Source: Flaccisagitta enflata
Lineage: Eukaryota
Assembly: GCA_965153355.1 (NCBI GenBank)
Contig: OZ231126.1
Coordinates: forward strand, 22,568,001 to 22,632,000
DNA length: 64,000 nucleotides
Direction: 5' to 3'
Positions 12,453-24,460 of the stretch are shown here, one piece after another; position 1 is the stretch's first letter; every line of letters starts with the position of its first letter. A program made the position numbers and the translations under genes. The notes under the pieces are model-generated. The model was not told the DNA's origin. It was given only the letters and a program-made list of their open reading frames with translations, and ran no database searches.

Positions 12453-12960
12453 AAATGCAGGACCGTGATGGAATTGACGCCATTTTTCGGCTTCATGGGC
12501 CTGGATGCCTCTGCTGCAGTGGTCCGCCGGGTTGTTTGACGAATCAACCCAGCGCCACTGTTGAGGATCAGACCGCTATGGATCTTGGAGAGACGATTGG
12601 CGAAAAATACAGGCCTCGGTTTCGCCGGATTGTAAATCATCTTCAGTGCAGATTCAGAATCGGACCAAAATCTGACGACAAGATTGTCCAAATCGATGGT
12701 CCTTCCGACGAAGCGTTTAAGCTGCACTGCTTTTTCTGCGGATACAATCTCGACACGTGGAACGCTGTTGTGATGAGAAGCACGTTTGGGATTAAGTGGA
12801 ATGACGTGGGATTTGGAGCGATGAACGAAATGTGAACATCTCCATCTCGATTGACTTGACGTCGATATGCAACTGCTCCATATCCGCCTTTTGGAGCCGC
12901 ATCGCAAAAGATCTCAATTGTTATTTCCGCAATGTCACTATTGTCGACGCCGCCATTCCT
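12453..12960 (-). pseudogene. pol: Pol RNase H segment, frameshifted
   Basis: IFCDAAPKGGYGAVAYRR, SKSHVIP...VPRVEI...FWSDSESAL...FFANRLSKI and NNPADHCSRG occur in the expected order but in three different frames. Confidence 0.85.
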
Positions 12961-14854
12961 CAGCGTTCAATTGGTATTGTTGTAGAAGAGGCCAAGATGA
13001 AGTGTAGCGGAAGAAGGACTCCTCGACGCTCTCTTCCAAGGGCGAATCCCATCCCACTTCCTGTGGACGACAGAGTTGAAGATGTCGTCTGCCGATGTAT
13101 GCGCTTGGGCTCCAAAATCCCAATGGATCATAAAGTTTGGCTTGCATGGAGACCAATTGACGAGGTGTTTTCGCTCTAAGAGTTTTGAATTCCTCGTCGC
13201 AGATGAAGATGAAGACGTCTTCCGCCGGAAGCCATGAGACGCCCAACACCTTCGTCGGCGCATCATCTTGCTTATCTGAGATGGGAATTGGCACGTTCGG
13301 ATCTCCATCCATCAATTGCCGCGCATTACTTTTCCACTTCACAAGATCCATCCCGCCTTCAGCCATCGCCGCCACTGCATCCACCTTCAACTGCAATGCT
13401 TCGTCGACCGAATCCCCACCCCCACTTCCGTCGTCGACGTAGTAGCAGAAGCGAATAAGATCGTAGTCGTTGTAGGGATATTTGGGCCGGATTACTTCAG
13501 CATGCTTTCTGACGGTGAAAGACGTGACGAATGAGCTGGATTGGCTGCCGAAGACATGTGATAAGAACAGATTCAAAATGGCTTCTCGTAAAGTACGGTC
13601 TTTGAACCAAAAGAATCTGAACAGATCAGCGTCGTCAGGATGGACGCGGATCTGGTGGAAGAACGCCTTTATATCACACATAAAGGCGATCTTCCACTGA
13701 CGAAAACGCATGAGGATGTCCATCAAGCTGTTCATCAAGTTTGGACCTCCGACGAGCAAATCATTGAGTGAGATCCCGTCGGTCGCCGCACGCGCATCGT
13801 GACATACGCGCGTTTTGCCGCGCAATTCAACAATATGAAGCGGCAAGTACCAGCGCGGCTTCTCAATGCCGTCGTCGTCGTCGACATTGTCAATCTCAAC
13901 CGCCACTCCCGTCTCGTAAAACTTCTCGATTTCACGGAAGACTCTTTCTTTGAAGGCTGGATCACGCTTGAAGCGAAAACGTTGGTTACCGAGCCGCTTC
14001 ATCGCAGTCGGTCGTGATTTCACTCTTCTCAGAATTTCCATGATTTTTTCGTGATGAAATTTCCATGTGACGGGAGCAAAGTACTTTTTCACAATTGGGC
14101 AAAAATATGTCTTTTCCTCTAACGTTTTGCACGCTCTGACATTTTCAAGGGAATCACCCATCTCCTCTTGCGAGACGATTGATGATGCAAAGTCATGGTA
14201 GAAGATGCGGTCAATGTTGCTGTTGAGGACGCGATTGTCGAGGATGCGATCGATGTTATCGTTGAGGACGCGATCATCCGTCGCGATAGCGTTGATCGAC
14301 GCAATATCTCGTCCTCTCTTGCCCGTTTTTCCACATACAGTCCAACCGAATAGACATCTGAAGCAAGTCAAAGATCCTGAAGGCCCTCGACGGATTTCTT
14401 GAGCGACGGCGGCATCCGCATGCGCCGCTCCGATGATCATCATCACACCGCCTTCAGCTTCTGGAAATTTTATGCCTTCGATGTGAGGTTGGTCGGATAG
14501 GTCGCGGAGAAAAGGAGGAATGTCGCGTTCACTCGTTAACAAATCACCCACCAATGCGTCGTTGACGTCGACGATGTATTCCTCGTCGACAGATTGCATA
14601 GTGAATGATGCGATGAAACGATCCTCAACAACATGACTTCCCACAGTAATCACCGTCATTTGCACTGTTTTTGTTGGAATCAGAAGACTGCGAATGACGC
14701 TGGTACTGATCACGTCGCGATCAGCGCCTGAGTCGATCATAGCGTATATTGTCCTCTGCGCACCCGAAGAATTGTTTATGATAGTCACTGGAACGATCGG
14801 ACGGACAACGTCGTCGAATGAAGAGACGGACCGCGACGTTGCCGTCGCCGCCAG
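12938..14854 (-). CDS. pol: Pol: aspartic protease, reverse transcriptase and start of the Pao RNase H region
   Basis: YAMIDSGADRDVIS (protease). WYLPLH...RVCHDA...LNDLLVGGPNL...CDIKAFFHQI...YYVDDG (RT). KVLGVSW...LYDPLGFWSP. In frame with gag across a TGA. Confidence 0.95.
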   Translation of the reverse strand: MAATATSRSVSSFDDVVRPIVPVTIINNSSGAQRTIYAMIDSGADRDVISTSVIRSLLIPTKTVQMTVITVGSHVVEDRFIASFTMQSVDEEYIVDVNDALVGDLLTSERDIPPFLRDLSDQPHIEGIKFPEAEGGVMMIIGAAHADAAVAQEIRRGPSGSLTCFRCLFGWTVCGKTGKRGRDIASINAIATDDRVLNDNIDRILDNRVLNSNIDRIFYHDFASSIVSQEEMGDSLENVRACKTLEEKTYFCPIVKKYFAPVTWKFHHEKIMEILRRVKSRPTAMKRLGNQRFRFKRDPAFKERVFREIEKFYETGVAVEIDNVDDDDGIEKPRWYLPLHIVELRGKTRVCHDARAATDGISLNDLLVGGPNLMNSLMDILMRFRQWKIAFMCDIKAFFHQIRVHPDDADLFRFFWFKDRTLREAILNLFLSHVFGSQSSSFVTSFTVRKHAEVIRPKYPYNDYDLIRFCYYVDDGSGGGDSVDEALQLKVDAVAAMAEGGMDLVKWKSNARQLMDGDPNVPIPISDKQDDAPTKVLGVSWLPAEDVFIFICDEEFKTLRAKTPRQLVSMQAKLYDPLGFWSPSAYIGRRHLQLCRPQEVGWDSPLEESVEESFFRYTSSWPLLQQYQLNAEEWRRRQ

Positions 14855-17800
14855 TCATGCCGTGGCGTTAGGAGAGATGATTTCCGTTGGATCGGCTGCC
14901 TCCGTCGTCGACGGAGCTGTTGGTGCTGCTGCAGCCGCATCCTCTGACTTTTTGAAGGGAGCCAGCGGTACTTTATTTCCCTGCTTATTTTCTCCTTTCT
15001 TCTCTTCCTTTTCTTCTTTCTTGTAGGTGCGCCCGTGGAGAATCGTTGCGTGCCGCTTCTTGCAGGTTTGGCAAGTCGGTCTGTTCGCGCATCCTTTGGC
15101 GTTGTGTCCTGGCGCGAGGCAGTGGAAGCAAAGACGACGAGACATGATCTTTTGAACTCTCGCGTCCACTTCCAACTCTAATAGCTGATGACACTCTTCT
15201 GTTTGATGCATTCCACTGCAGACGTTGCAGCGGTCCGTCGACTGCGTCTTTTGCTTGCCATTGGTCAAAGCATCTTCATATGATGATGGCGCTTCTTTCT
15301 CTGTAGTTGCGACTGCTGCCACTGATGCTGTTTTGCAGCTTGCGCCTTTGTTGCGCTGAATCACCGCCCATGTCTCGATCATATTGACCAAGTTGTCAAA
15401 TGAAAATAATTGTCCATTTTGGGCCGCTTCATGTTGCTTTTCCCAGAATTTATCTGCAAGATGAGGGACCCTCTTGTTGAGGATCTCCTGCAGCAGCTCG
15501 TCACGATAGCATTGTTGCACTTCTCCACAGGTCCTCGCAATCTTCTTTGCCTTTTGCAACCTTGCAGACAAATTGAAATGCCTTGCATGGTCAGCCGACT
15601 GGATCTTCGCCTCCGCGACGATTTCGTTGAACAGCGCCGCAATGTTGCAGCGCCTTGCCATAAAGACGACGTCCATTTTTGCGAAGGCGTCGTCAATCTC
15701 TCCTCTTGCTGTCGCTTCAGTTGCATCAATCGTCGCAGTTTCAATGATCTCTTTTGCCGGACCAGCAAACCACTTAGGCAATTCCAATAAGATGTCCATT
15801 TGCGTCAAGCCTTCATGCTTCTCAGCATCTTTGAACTTCCTCTTCCACATCATGAAGTCGGTGGATGAAAGCTCCTGCAGAGGCTTCTCAGGTCTTGCTC
15901 TCTCCAACGCTTTGAGGCCGACCTCCCTTGCTCGCATGAGATCATTGTACGTCGCTCTTTCCAAAAACCTGTCCAGAGCCGGATTGTTGGGCATCTGAAC
16001 GTGGACTTCCGGTTGACGGGCTACTTGATGATGCTCCACTTGATGATACGCTGGGGGTTGTTGGGTAAAGGCGTATTGACCCCCGACTTTTACCGGAGAT
16101 CTCTTTTTGGTGGTTTTTACACTCCACCCAACTTCTTCTTGCTGATTCATCTGTTGTTGACGATCATCTTGATGGAATCGGGGAGCATCAAAATCTTGGC
16201 GGACGTACTGTCGCTGTTGTTGTTCTTCTTTACGTTGTTTCTCTTCTGCTCTCGCTGCGGCAAGGTCAAAGTCTCTCTGCTGAATCTGCATCTTCAAACT
16301 ATCCACTTCTTGCTGCAAACGTTGATTCTGCTGGATGACTTCCGCTTGAGGCGTTGCTAGAGGCGCTTGCGCTACTTTTGGCGCCTTCGGCTGCAATCCA
16401 CTCGTTGTCTTCTTGGGAGCGACTTTTCTCCTCTCCTTATCTTGCAGCTGCTGTGCCAACTTCGCGTCAGCGGCCTCTTGCCTCTGCCTCCTGCGCATCG
16501 CCTCCGTTGCTTCACCTCCGCTTCCGGCTGTGTTGAAGACCTTTTCCTCTTGATGGGGAAGACCAGTCTCCCTTCTAGCAGAACCAATCTGCTTCTCGAA
16601 GATCACTTCCGGTGCGGTAGGGAGAATCGTTGCTGCTGGGGTTTGGTGATGCTGATCTTGATGCTGTTGCTGTTGTTGAAGCCGTTGCTGCTGCCACTGT
16701 TGATGTTGAAGCTGCTGTTGCTGGTCAGGACGCTGTTGCTGTTCATTCTGCTGTTGCAGTTGACGCTGGCGCTGTCCTTGCTGCTGCTGCTGCTCCAACT
16801 GTTGCTGCTGCTGCATCGGCTGCTTGACGGATGTTTCCACTGACTGCACATGACGTTGCTGTATGTTCGAATTGAACAATCCAGGATTGAAATTTCTGAA
16901 GATAGATCGACGGTCTTTTGGCGGATGCTGCGGCTGCTGCTGGTCCAGCTCAGACAGTTGTCTAAGCTTCACATCCCGCTGCTCTAAAGCTCCACCAATG
17001 CCGCCGTCGTTCAGGCTATTCCAGTGCTTTCGTTGCATCTCTGCCGCATTGTTGAATACTCCTGCCCTTCTATCTTCATCTCGTTGCTGCTGCTGGCGAA
17101 AGTTACACATTCTGTCGTATAACTCTTTGTCTTCTTGTGATGAGCTTCGCTGTTGGAATCCCAATGGCACCGCGATCGGCGCCTTTGGAGCTGTTGCTGC
17201 ACCACCACCTTCACCTTCAGCCATCATGCGCAGACGTTGATCTGCAAGGCGTTGCTGTCTCTCTTCTTCTGTCTCCTCACTGACGTTCATGCTTTCGACA
17301 GGATGGTTATTTGAAGCTGGAGGATCCACTACCACCGCTGGGATCGCGGCGGAGGGTTGCTGTTGCTGCTGCAGTTGCTGTTGCATATGTTCTCCTGCAT
17401 CGTTTTGCCGCTGTCGTTGTTGTTCATGCGGCTGCATTGCCGTTTGATGTTGTCGCAGCTCTTGTTGTTGTTGCTGCTGCTGCTGTTGCTGCTGTTGATC
17501 GTGTTGTTGCTGTTGTTGAGCCACAGGTTGTGGCGCCGGCTGCAGGATCTGATGTTGTTGTTGATCTTGTTGACAAAATTGTTGGAGTTGCTGCAACTGC
17601 TGCTGCTGCAACAGCTCTTGCTGCTGCCGTTGAGCCGTAGTTTGCTGCTGCTCCTGTGGCGGTTGGAGTTGACGTTGCTGTTGGAGTTGCTGCTGCTGCA
17701 TCTGCAATTGATGCTGCTGCTGTTGCTCCTGTTGCTGTCGCTGCTCCTCCTCCCGTTGTTGCTGCTGCATGTCGTCAATCAGCCGACGGCCTTGTCGCAT

Positions 17801-18659
17801 TTCCTCCTCCAACTCCCTACCCCATCTGTCTCTCTCAGCACTCCTGTTGACGAGCGTCGCCTCGCCCTCTCCTGCAGCGTCAATCCGTTGATGATCCCGC
17901 GGCCTCTTGCAGGCGTCGGCGTCGTCGAGATCCGCAAGCATGTCGTCAGCTTGCTCCATCGGAGGCGCACGCGCAGGGTTCAATTTCCGAGACCAAATCT
18001 GATACCCATTGATTGGCAGCATCTCCTCTTTGGATCGCGGCAGATTTAAAAATTGACGCCAGTTGGAGATTGCGCACCATGTCGCAGGACCGGAGGTGGT
18101 AGATACTCGGATCCGTCGGGGTTTGGCGAAGACGTTAGCATCCTTGGGTGGGAGCGCGGTAGCATTTGTCACGGGCGGCGTGGGTGTCAGTTGGGAGACA
18201 TTCCATGAGAATTCATTAGCGGGTCTTTGCGATTCCCAATGTCTGTGCACTGCGTTCCACGGTGTCGGCGTTGGAAGGAAAACCCTCTGGATAGTTTTCC
18301 ACGATCAAAGCGCATGGAGTCCCATTCGCGCAGTTCGGCGCAAAGTAGGCGCCGCTGAATCGAGAATTCGCCCGGGCATCGAGTGAGCCATTTGCCTTGC
18401 ATACGATGATGGTAAGCCATATCGAGAAGTCGTGCCGACAGCCAGTTCCTGAAGCGGCGTCGTCGAAGTCGTTCGTTCCTTCGGTTCCAGTAGCTTCGGC
18501 GTCGAAAAGGCGCCGGCATCCTTCCATTTCCGCAGTGATGTCTTTCCTCATTGCGCGCAAACGATTCGACCTCGGACACTGATTCAAACCGAAGTGAGAT
18601 ACACGAGATGACGTTGAAGCGGTCGAGCAGTGTATCGTCGTTGCAGCAACGGCTGCCAT
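14855..18659 (-). CDS. gag: BEL/Pao Gag with a very long Gln-rich N-terminal half; frameshift near 18250
   Basis: ORF 14855-18250 has CNVCSGMHQTEEC, CFHCLAPGHNAKGC and CQTCKKRHATILH, the BEL-type triple zinc knuckle. An upstream ATG at 18659 (MAAVAATTIHC...) lies just after the 5' LTR in a different frame. Confidence 0.88.
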
Positions 18660-18713
18660 TGTCCAATTTCGTTTCGGAGGTCGAGAGACGGAAAGAGTGA
18701 TAGTTTTTAAATT

Positions 18714-19635
18714 TGTTGAAATATAAATTAGCCCCACAGTTTTCAACTGGCACTGTCTATGAACGTCTATCTGACTGACGACTTGTGGTGAAAGAAAATT
18801 GGCCGATTGGAAAATAGGAAGGCGATCGTCTCGTTTATTCCATAAAAATTTCAACAACTGAAGAGGGGGAAAAATGAAGAAAGGGAAAGTGGGCGTTAAT
18901 TGTGATCAGCAAACGCAAAAGATAACATGAAATCGAGATAGGACACAATAAAGGACAGAAACAGCACATGACAACATGTTCATCTTCTTCAGAGCCCATG
19001 CCACCTGATAATTCCTGCCCCTGCCCCGGCCCATCCCATTAAATTCATCCATATCATCCCTATAGCAAGCTGATCGGGCAAGCGATAAAACCATACTAAA
19101 ATCCGGCGATAAAAATGCAAAAGAGCAAAAGACAAAATAACAGACCGGAAAACAAGATAAAAAACAACGTTAATAAAAGCAAAAACGCGTCTATAAAACT
19201 TACTTTTAGGCCCACTTTCGTTGGTTTCAACCCACAGTCTGTCGAAGTCAAATTAACGTTAATTGTCCGTTCATAAGTTTATCTGCAATAAAAAGATGAG
19301 AGATTATTGAAATTAGTGAATTCCAAGGGCGCATTCAAACGATCACGAAAAATCAATCAATCACTTTAAGAAGCAATGCCGTAAATAAATAAAATCAATC
19401 AATCCAAAAATTGGACGATACGAAAGACGAGTTACGTATGTTCGCCTACGTAATAAAAACAAATGGCACAAAATACAAGGCGCAACCATATGGTTACCCA
19501 TCTAGCGTTCAATATAAAAAATGGCGAGAAACAAAAGACGCGGGCATTGAATAATCGAGAAAGAGGAAAAGCAAAAAGCACGCAAAAGAGACAAAAGCAC
19601 ACATACTTAAGAAACGGACAGACATACATTTCTAA

Positions 19636-19637
<2 letters not shown>
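18714..19637 (-). repeat. 5' LTR of the BEL/Pao element
   Basis: On the minus strand it begins TGTTAGAAATG (19637) and ends TTTCAACA (18714), giving TGTT...AACA termini. It matches 6363-7277 and has a minus-strand AATAAA at 18834-18839. Confidence 0.93.
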
Positions 19638-19731
<94 letters not shown>

Positions 19732-20237
19732 TTCTCATTTTCCCGCATATTCATTGTCTTATTCCCCCTACCGCCTATGTGGTTTTTACCGGGAGAAATG
19801 AGGCGCAAAAATGAAAGAAGATGAAAAAAAAAAGAGCAGCCATGAAAGCCTTTTTTTTTCGCGGCTGCCGCCATCACAGGCCATCTAGTGTCCATATGCG
19901 GCAAATGACGTCTGGCTTTTAATGAAAACTCATAAAACGTGGTCGTTAAAAAACTCGCTCACTGGATATCCATAAAAGGTGTTTGCACTCACCGGTAGTT
20001 TATAACTCTCTTTTTTTTTTTTCAATTTCCAACTGTTGAGTTTCAAAAAGATCATTTCGTTCTATAATAGGAAAAGTGTAATTCAGTAAACTTATTTCTC
20101 GGTAGTATCAACAGTTGATTCAACGTGTCATTTGTGAAATAGATAAGGTTTTGTTCCGGGTCCTTCTCCTATATGATAACTGTGTTCGTGAGTGTGAGCC
20201 GCTGTGTGACCTCTTACCTAACTCCTCTCACTCTCAC

Positions 20238-20372
<135 letters not shown>

Positions 20373-20463
20373 CTCCATTGGGTGGATATAGGTTGAACTA
20401 CCTATTAATTTCCCAGATCTGACAGCGGAGGATAGCGGTTTTACCATCAAAACAAAAGAACAC

Positions 20464-20649
<186 letters not shown>

Positions 20650-21487
20650 TTATGCCTTTTGATTTCCTCTTTTCCTGCGACCATAAAACACCCCATACAA
20701 AAGGAGACGAGGTCGTTTGTAAGGTTGTAATCCTTCGTCGTTGTCAGAGGCCTCGTTTCGGCAAAAGAAATTGCGGAACAACTATCTACCAACCCCCCTC
20801 CCCCCCTCCTATCTTTTATCCACATCCTCAAAAGTGCACATACAAACAGCTTCTCGGTCGATCAATGTTTTTTTGGGGGCATTCATGAGCAAAGATATTC
20901 AATGGCACATATCTTAAAAATTGCTAAAACTTTATATCTGAGCATGGAGACATGTGCCCATGAATTGTCTGTGGTGTGATTCGTCATCAAAGGCGCTTTT
21001 AAACGTTTTGAATCACCAGACTAGTTTTGATTTCGTCTCCTACACAAAATATGTTATGGAATATTATGTAGCTAAAAAGTTTACGGACTCAAGAAGTGCT
21101 AGGAGATGAACGGATAAAGAACCTAATAGCTGAGACGGTCGCATTTCCCTCTTCATCATGTCAAGTATGAAATTGTAAACATTGCAATCTTTAAGAGAAA
21201 TCGATTGCATACAGTTTCAAAGAGCTTTGTCCATCGAGGCTAACTTTCTGCACATAAGCACAAAACACATATCACACGCATGCACGCGCAAGTGTTGTTC
21301 ATGCGCGCGCTTACAGCCACCGCGGAGCTATCCAATTTCCGCGAAACGATGTTTTGAGTCTTGGAAAGACCGTTTGGCGCATTTACTGAGCGAGAAAAAG
21401 AGAGGAAAAGGAAGGAAAAATAGGTCCAAAAGACTCCTTTGAAAGGAAAGAAATTTCCCAGCAATCGTCTCTTCAACCACTTAGGAT

Positions 21488-21554
<67 letters not shown>

Positions 21555-22071
21555 AGAAAACTGTGGCTTGTGCTGCGAAATTAGAGTGTCTCTATGCCGC
21601 GACGGAACGGCTCCTAACCAGCTTTTATTTGATCTTTATTCCGTTTTCAGTTTGCCTTTATTTTCTTTACTGCCTATAACTGGTTCCATTAGGTGAATGT
21701 TTGAGTCCAAATACCTACAATTATGGTACAGCGTTGGTAATTTGGCTCAAACATGGAACCTGGTATAAAACTCACTCAGAGGAATTGCTGAGTGTTTTTT
21801 TACCTCATTTTTTCTCTTCTATTTTGATGATTGATTTTGTCGTTCTGCTATTTTGTCCCCTTTCATTCTCGAAAATGTTCTGCTAAAATGGGATGTACCC
21901 TATTTGGCCGCCGGTTTTGTTCCAATTTGGATCAGCTGGGTATGATATATTCCCATACGAGAAGTGTAATCAAATGGCAAGTGGGTATATGTATATGTAA
22001 GCATAAACAGTGGCATACAGGTAGAGGTTTGATAGAGCTGAAACAGTAAAAGCAGTACAGGCCTATCGTCC

Positions 22072-22260
22072 GGCTCATCCCTCTGCCGTGTTCATGTTGT
22101 AGCGGCTGTTTGCCATTTCGGGGCCATTATTCAGCTCATCTTATTGCCGTGTTCATGTCGTAGCGGTTGTTTGCCATTTCGGGGCCACCATTCAGCTCAT
22201 CTTTTTGCCGTGTTCATGTCGTAGCGGCTGTTTGCCAGCTCAGGGCCATCATTCGGCTCT
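22072..22260 (+). repeat. Tandem repeat, ~3 copies of a ~60-bp unit
   Basis: GCTCATC...TGCCGTGTTCATGTYGTAGCGGYTGTTTGCCA is repeated three times. Confidence 0.85.
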
Positions 22261-22530
22261 TTCCACCATTCATTGGCCTCTTTCCTTCTTTTCATTACCC
22301 CCGACGCGTTTTTCTCATTTCCTGGTTTGGCGGAATGTTCGCCGCACTTTTTACCGCTGCCGCTGCCGCCTCCACCACCGTCATTGGCCTCTTCCTCCTC
22401 CTTCTCCGCCCCAGCCGCCATTGCCAGCGAAAAGGGATTAAATAGTTGGTTGTACCCTCGCTTAAATGTTGTAAAGGATCAGTAGTGTTGGAGGGCTTAA
22501 TTTCATCAGTTGGGGTTACAGCAGAGAAGA

Positions 22531-22760
22531 AACAAGGCCGGATACACGGCTTCCCCAGTCGCATGTGGGTGGGCAGGGGCTGTATTTGAGGTCACTTGAT
22601 TATTCGGGCAGGAGCAATGAGGCCAAAGACCGCAAAACCCCAAAAAAGTGAAGTGTGATGGACGGACTGACGGACAGACGGACGGACGGACGGACGGACG
22701 GACGGACGGACGGACGGACCGAAAAAGCGGGATGTAGAGTCGCGTTGCACGCGACTAAAA
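22531..22760 (-). mobile_element. HINE-like copy
   Basis: AACAAGGCCGGATACACGGC...GGGTGGGCAGGGGC...(GGAC)n...AGTCGCGTTGCACGCGACTAAAA. Confidence 0.8.
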
Positions 22761-23415
22761 AGAGAAGGATATTAACATGGAAGAGAAGAAGGAGAAAATT
22801 ATCCAATGAGTCTATCGTAAAAACATGGGTCATCCACCTCATCGGCGCTGCTGTTGGAAGAAAAGGAAGTTTTCCGCCGGAAAAAGCGGAAGTTTTGGGC
22901 GGAAAGACGCCGGTTCGTTTCTGCTCGTTTCCGGCGCCATTTCTAACCAATCTCTTGACGTCCTAATTGCATCATTTCTCTCTTTTTTAACTTTCTTTTT
23001 TTTTCTTCTTTCCGAATTTTTCTTCTTTTTCTTTCCCTTTTCTTTTTCGTTCACGAAACCGTATTTTTTCCAAATTCTTATCTTAGTCGTTTCTACTTTC
23101 TGACGTTGGTTTGAAATGATGTCTTTTCGTTCAACCTCAATCAGTGGGAACTCGTATCCTCGTATCTCACCTGAACCTTGAGTTCTTTTAATGCTCTCTG
23201 ATCAAGCTTCTTATCCTAAAATGTTGTCTGATAATTGAAGGATGTGAATTGATTAACTTTGAATACTAATATAGGTAAAAATCTAGCCCTCATCACGCTG
23301 CACATACCGCAAATATCTCGGAACGACGGAATGACGTCGTTACCACCCTGCTCATTCTAATCTTATGAACTGTATTTCCGACCTACCGACCTACAGTGAG
23401 AGATTCAAACAGACC

Positions 23416-23822
23416 TACTATATGAATCTAAAAAAAAAGACGCACTTTTGAATGGCTGATTGCGCCATTGACAATCAGAAAAATTGATTAAAATCTTAGA
23501 CCATTTTGAAGCTCATGAAAAACCCTTTCATTTGGCGCCAATCTATTTTTTTTTCGTTTAGAAGTGGCATTAGTTTGAGTAGAAATGTTGCCAAATTTGT
23601 TTTTGCAGTTCCTTTGAAAATGATGCAATTCAGCAACATGGTGTCTCACTTTAGAGAGCTTTAGCTCCTAAACCGTTGAAGATACAGATCTAGAATTGGT
23701 CTAGAATGAAAGATAATTTGAAAATCTTCAAAACCACTTTCTCTAAAAAAATTTTTTACACTTTTTAAGTTAGTTTTATCAGCAAATGAAAAGGTGCGTC
23801 TTTTTTTTTAATTCATGTAGTA
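23416..23822. mobile_element. MITE with ~30-45-bp TIRs and TA ends (Tc1/mariner-like)
   Basis: TACTATATGAAT..AAAAAAAAGACGCAC at left and GTGCGTCTTTTTTTTTAATTCATGTAGTA at right; non-coding interior. Confidence 0.7.
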
Positions 23823-24110
23823 TTTGGGGAAGCCGTTGCAACGGCCTTCCCAAACGCGTTGATTTATTCTTACACTAGCCTGTTCTCAAAATTACAGTAA
23901 CATGAACTCATGCAAGCACACAACATCAACAGGAGACGATGAAACAAACGACTCGGATACGATAAAAACATTTACACATCAGTCGGTCCGCTGATAGTTA
24001 TCACGTATTTTCAGTATGATACTTTCCAGAACCCGGAAAAACTGACATTAACATCTATCGCATCAAGAATCTGGTATAGCCAATCGTTGTACACCATACA
24101 TTCTGGGTTT

Positions 24111-24242
24111 TTTTAGTCGCGTGCACGCGACTCTATGACCCACTCTGTCCGTCTGTCTGTCCGTCTGTCGGTCAGTAATACTTAGCTTTTTTTCGCTCCT
24201 GCCCACCCGCACGCGACTTCGGCTCGTGTATACGGCCTTGTT
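24111..24242 (+). mobile_element. HINE-like copy (short)
   Basis: TTTTAGTCGCGTGCACGCGACT palindrome, GTCY repeat, GCACGCGACT subterminal repeat, GGCCTTGTT end. Confidence 0.8.
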
Positions 24243-24360
24243 CAGTCCCAGCACCACTCGCAGTGTTTTCCAACAAATCCGCGATACAAACATTCCATAC
24301 TTACAAATGGCACGGATTCTACTTCCCACTCTTAGTGGATCTCTCTTCTTCCATCTCTGT

Positions 24361-24460
<100 letters not shown>

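Larger units (their letters stand above)
6363..19637 (-). mobile_element. Full-length BEL/Pao LTR retrotransposon (~13.3 kb)
   Basis: Two near-identical ~0.92-kb direct repeats flank minus-strand gag (triple Cys/His knuckles), protease (IDSGA), RT (YVDD), Pao-type RNase H region and integrase in BEL/Pao order. A polypurine tract abuts the left LTR. Confidence 0.97.

Noticed and set aside
18100-18460. Possible PHD finger at the Gag N-terminus, as in some Pao-clade elements
   Set aside because: Cys/His residues are scattered over different frames and I could not assemble a C4HC3 pattern.
8238-18582. Numerous plus-strand ORFs within the retrotransposon
   Set aside because: Antisense shadows of GC-rich minus-strand coding sequence, with no independent motifs.
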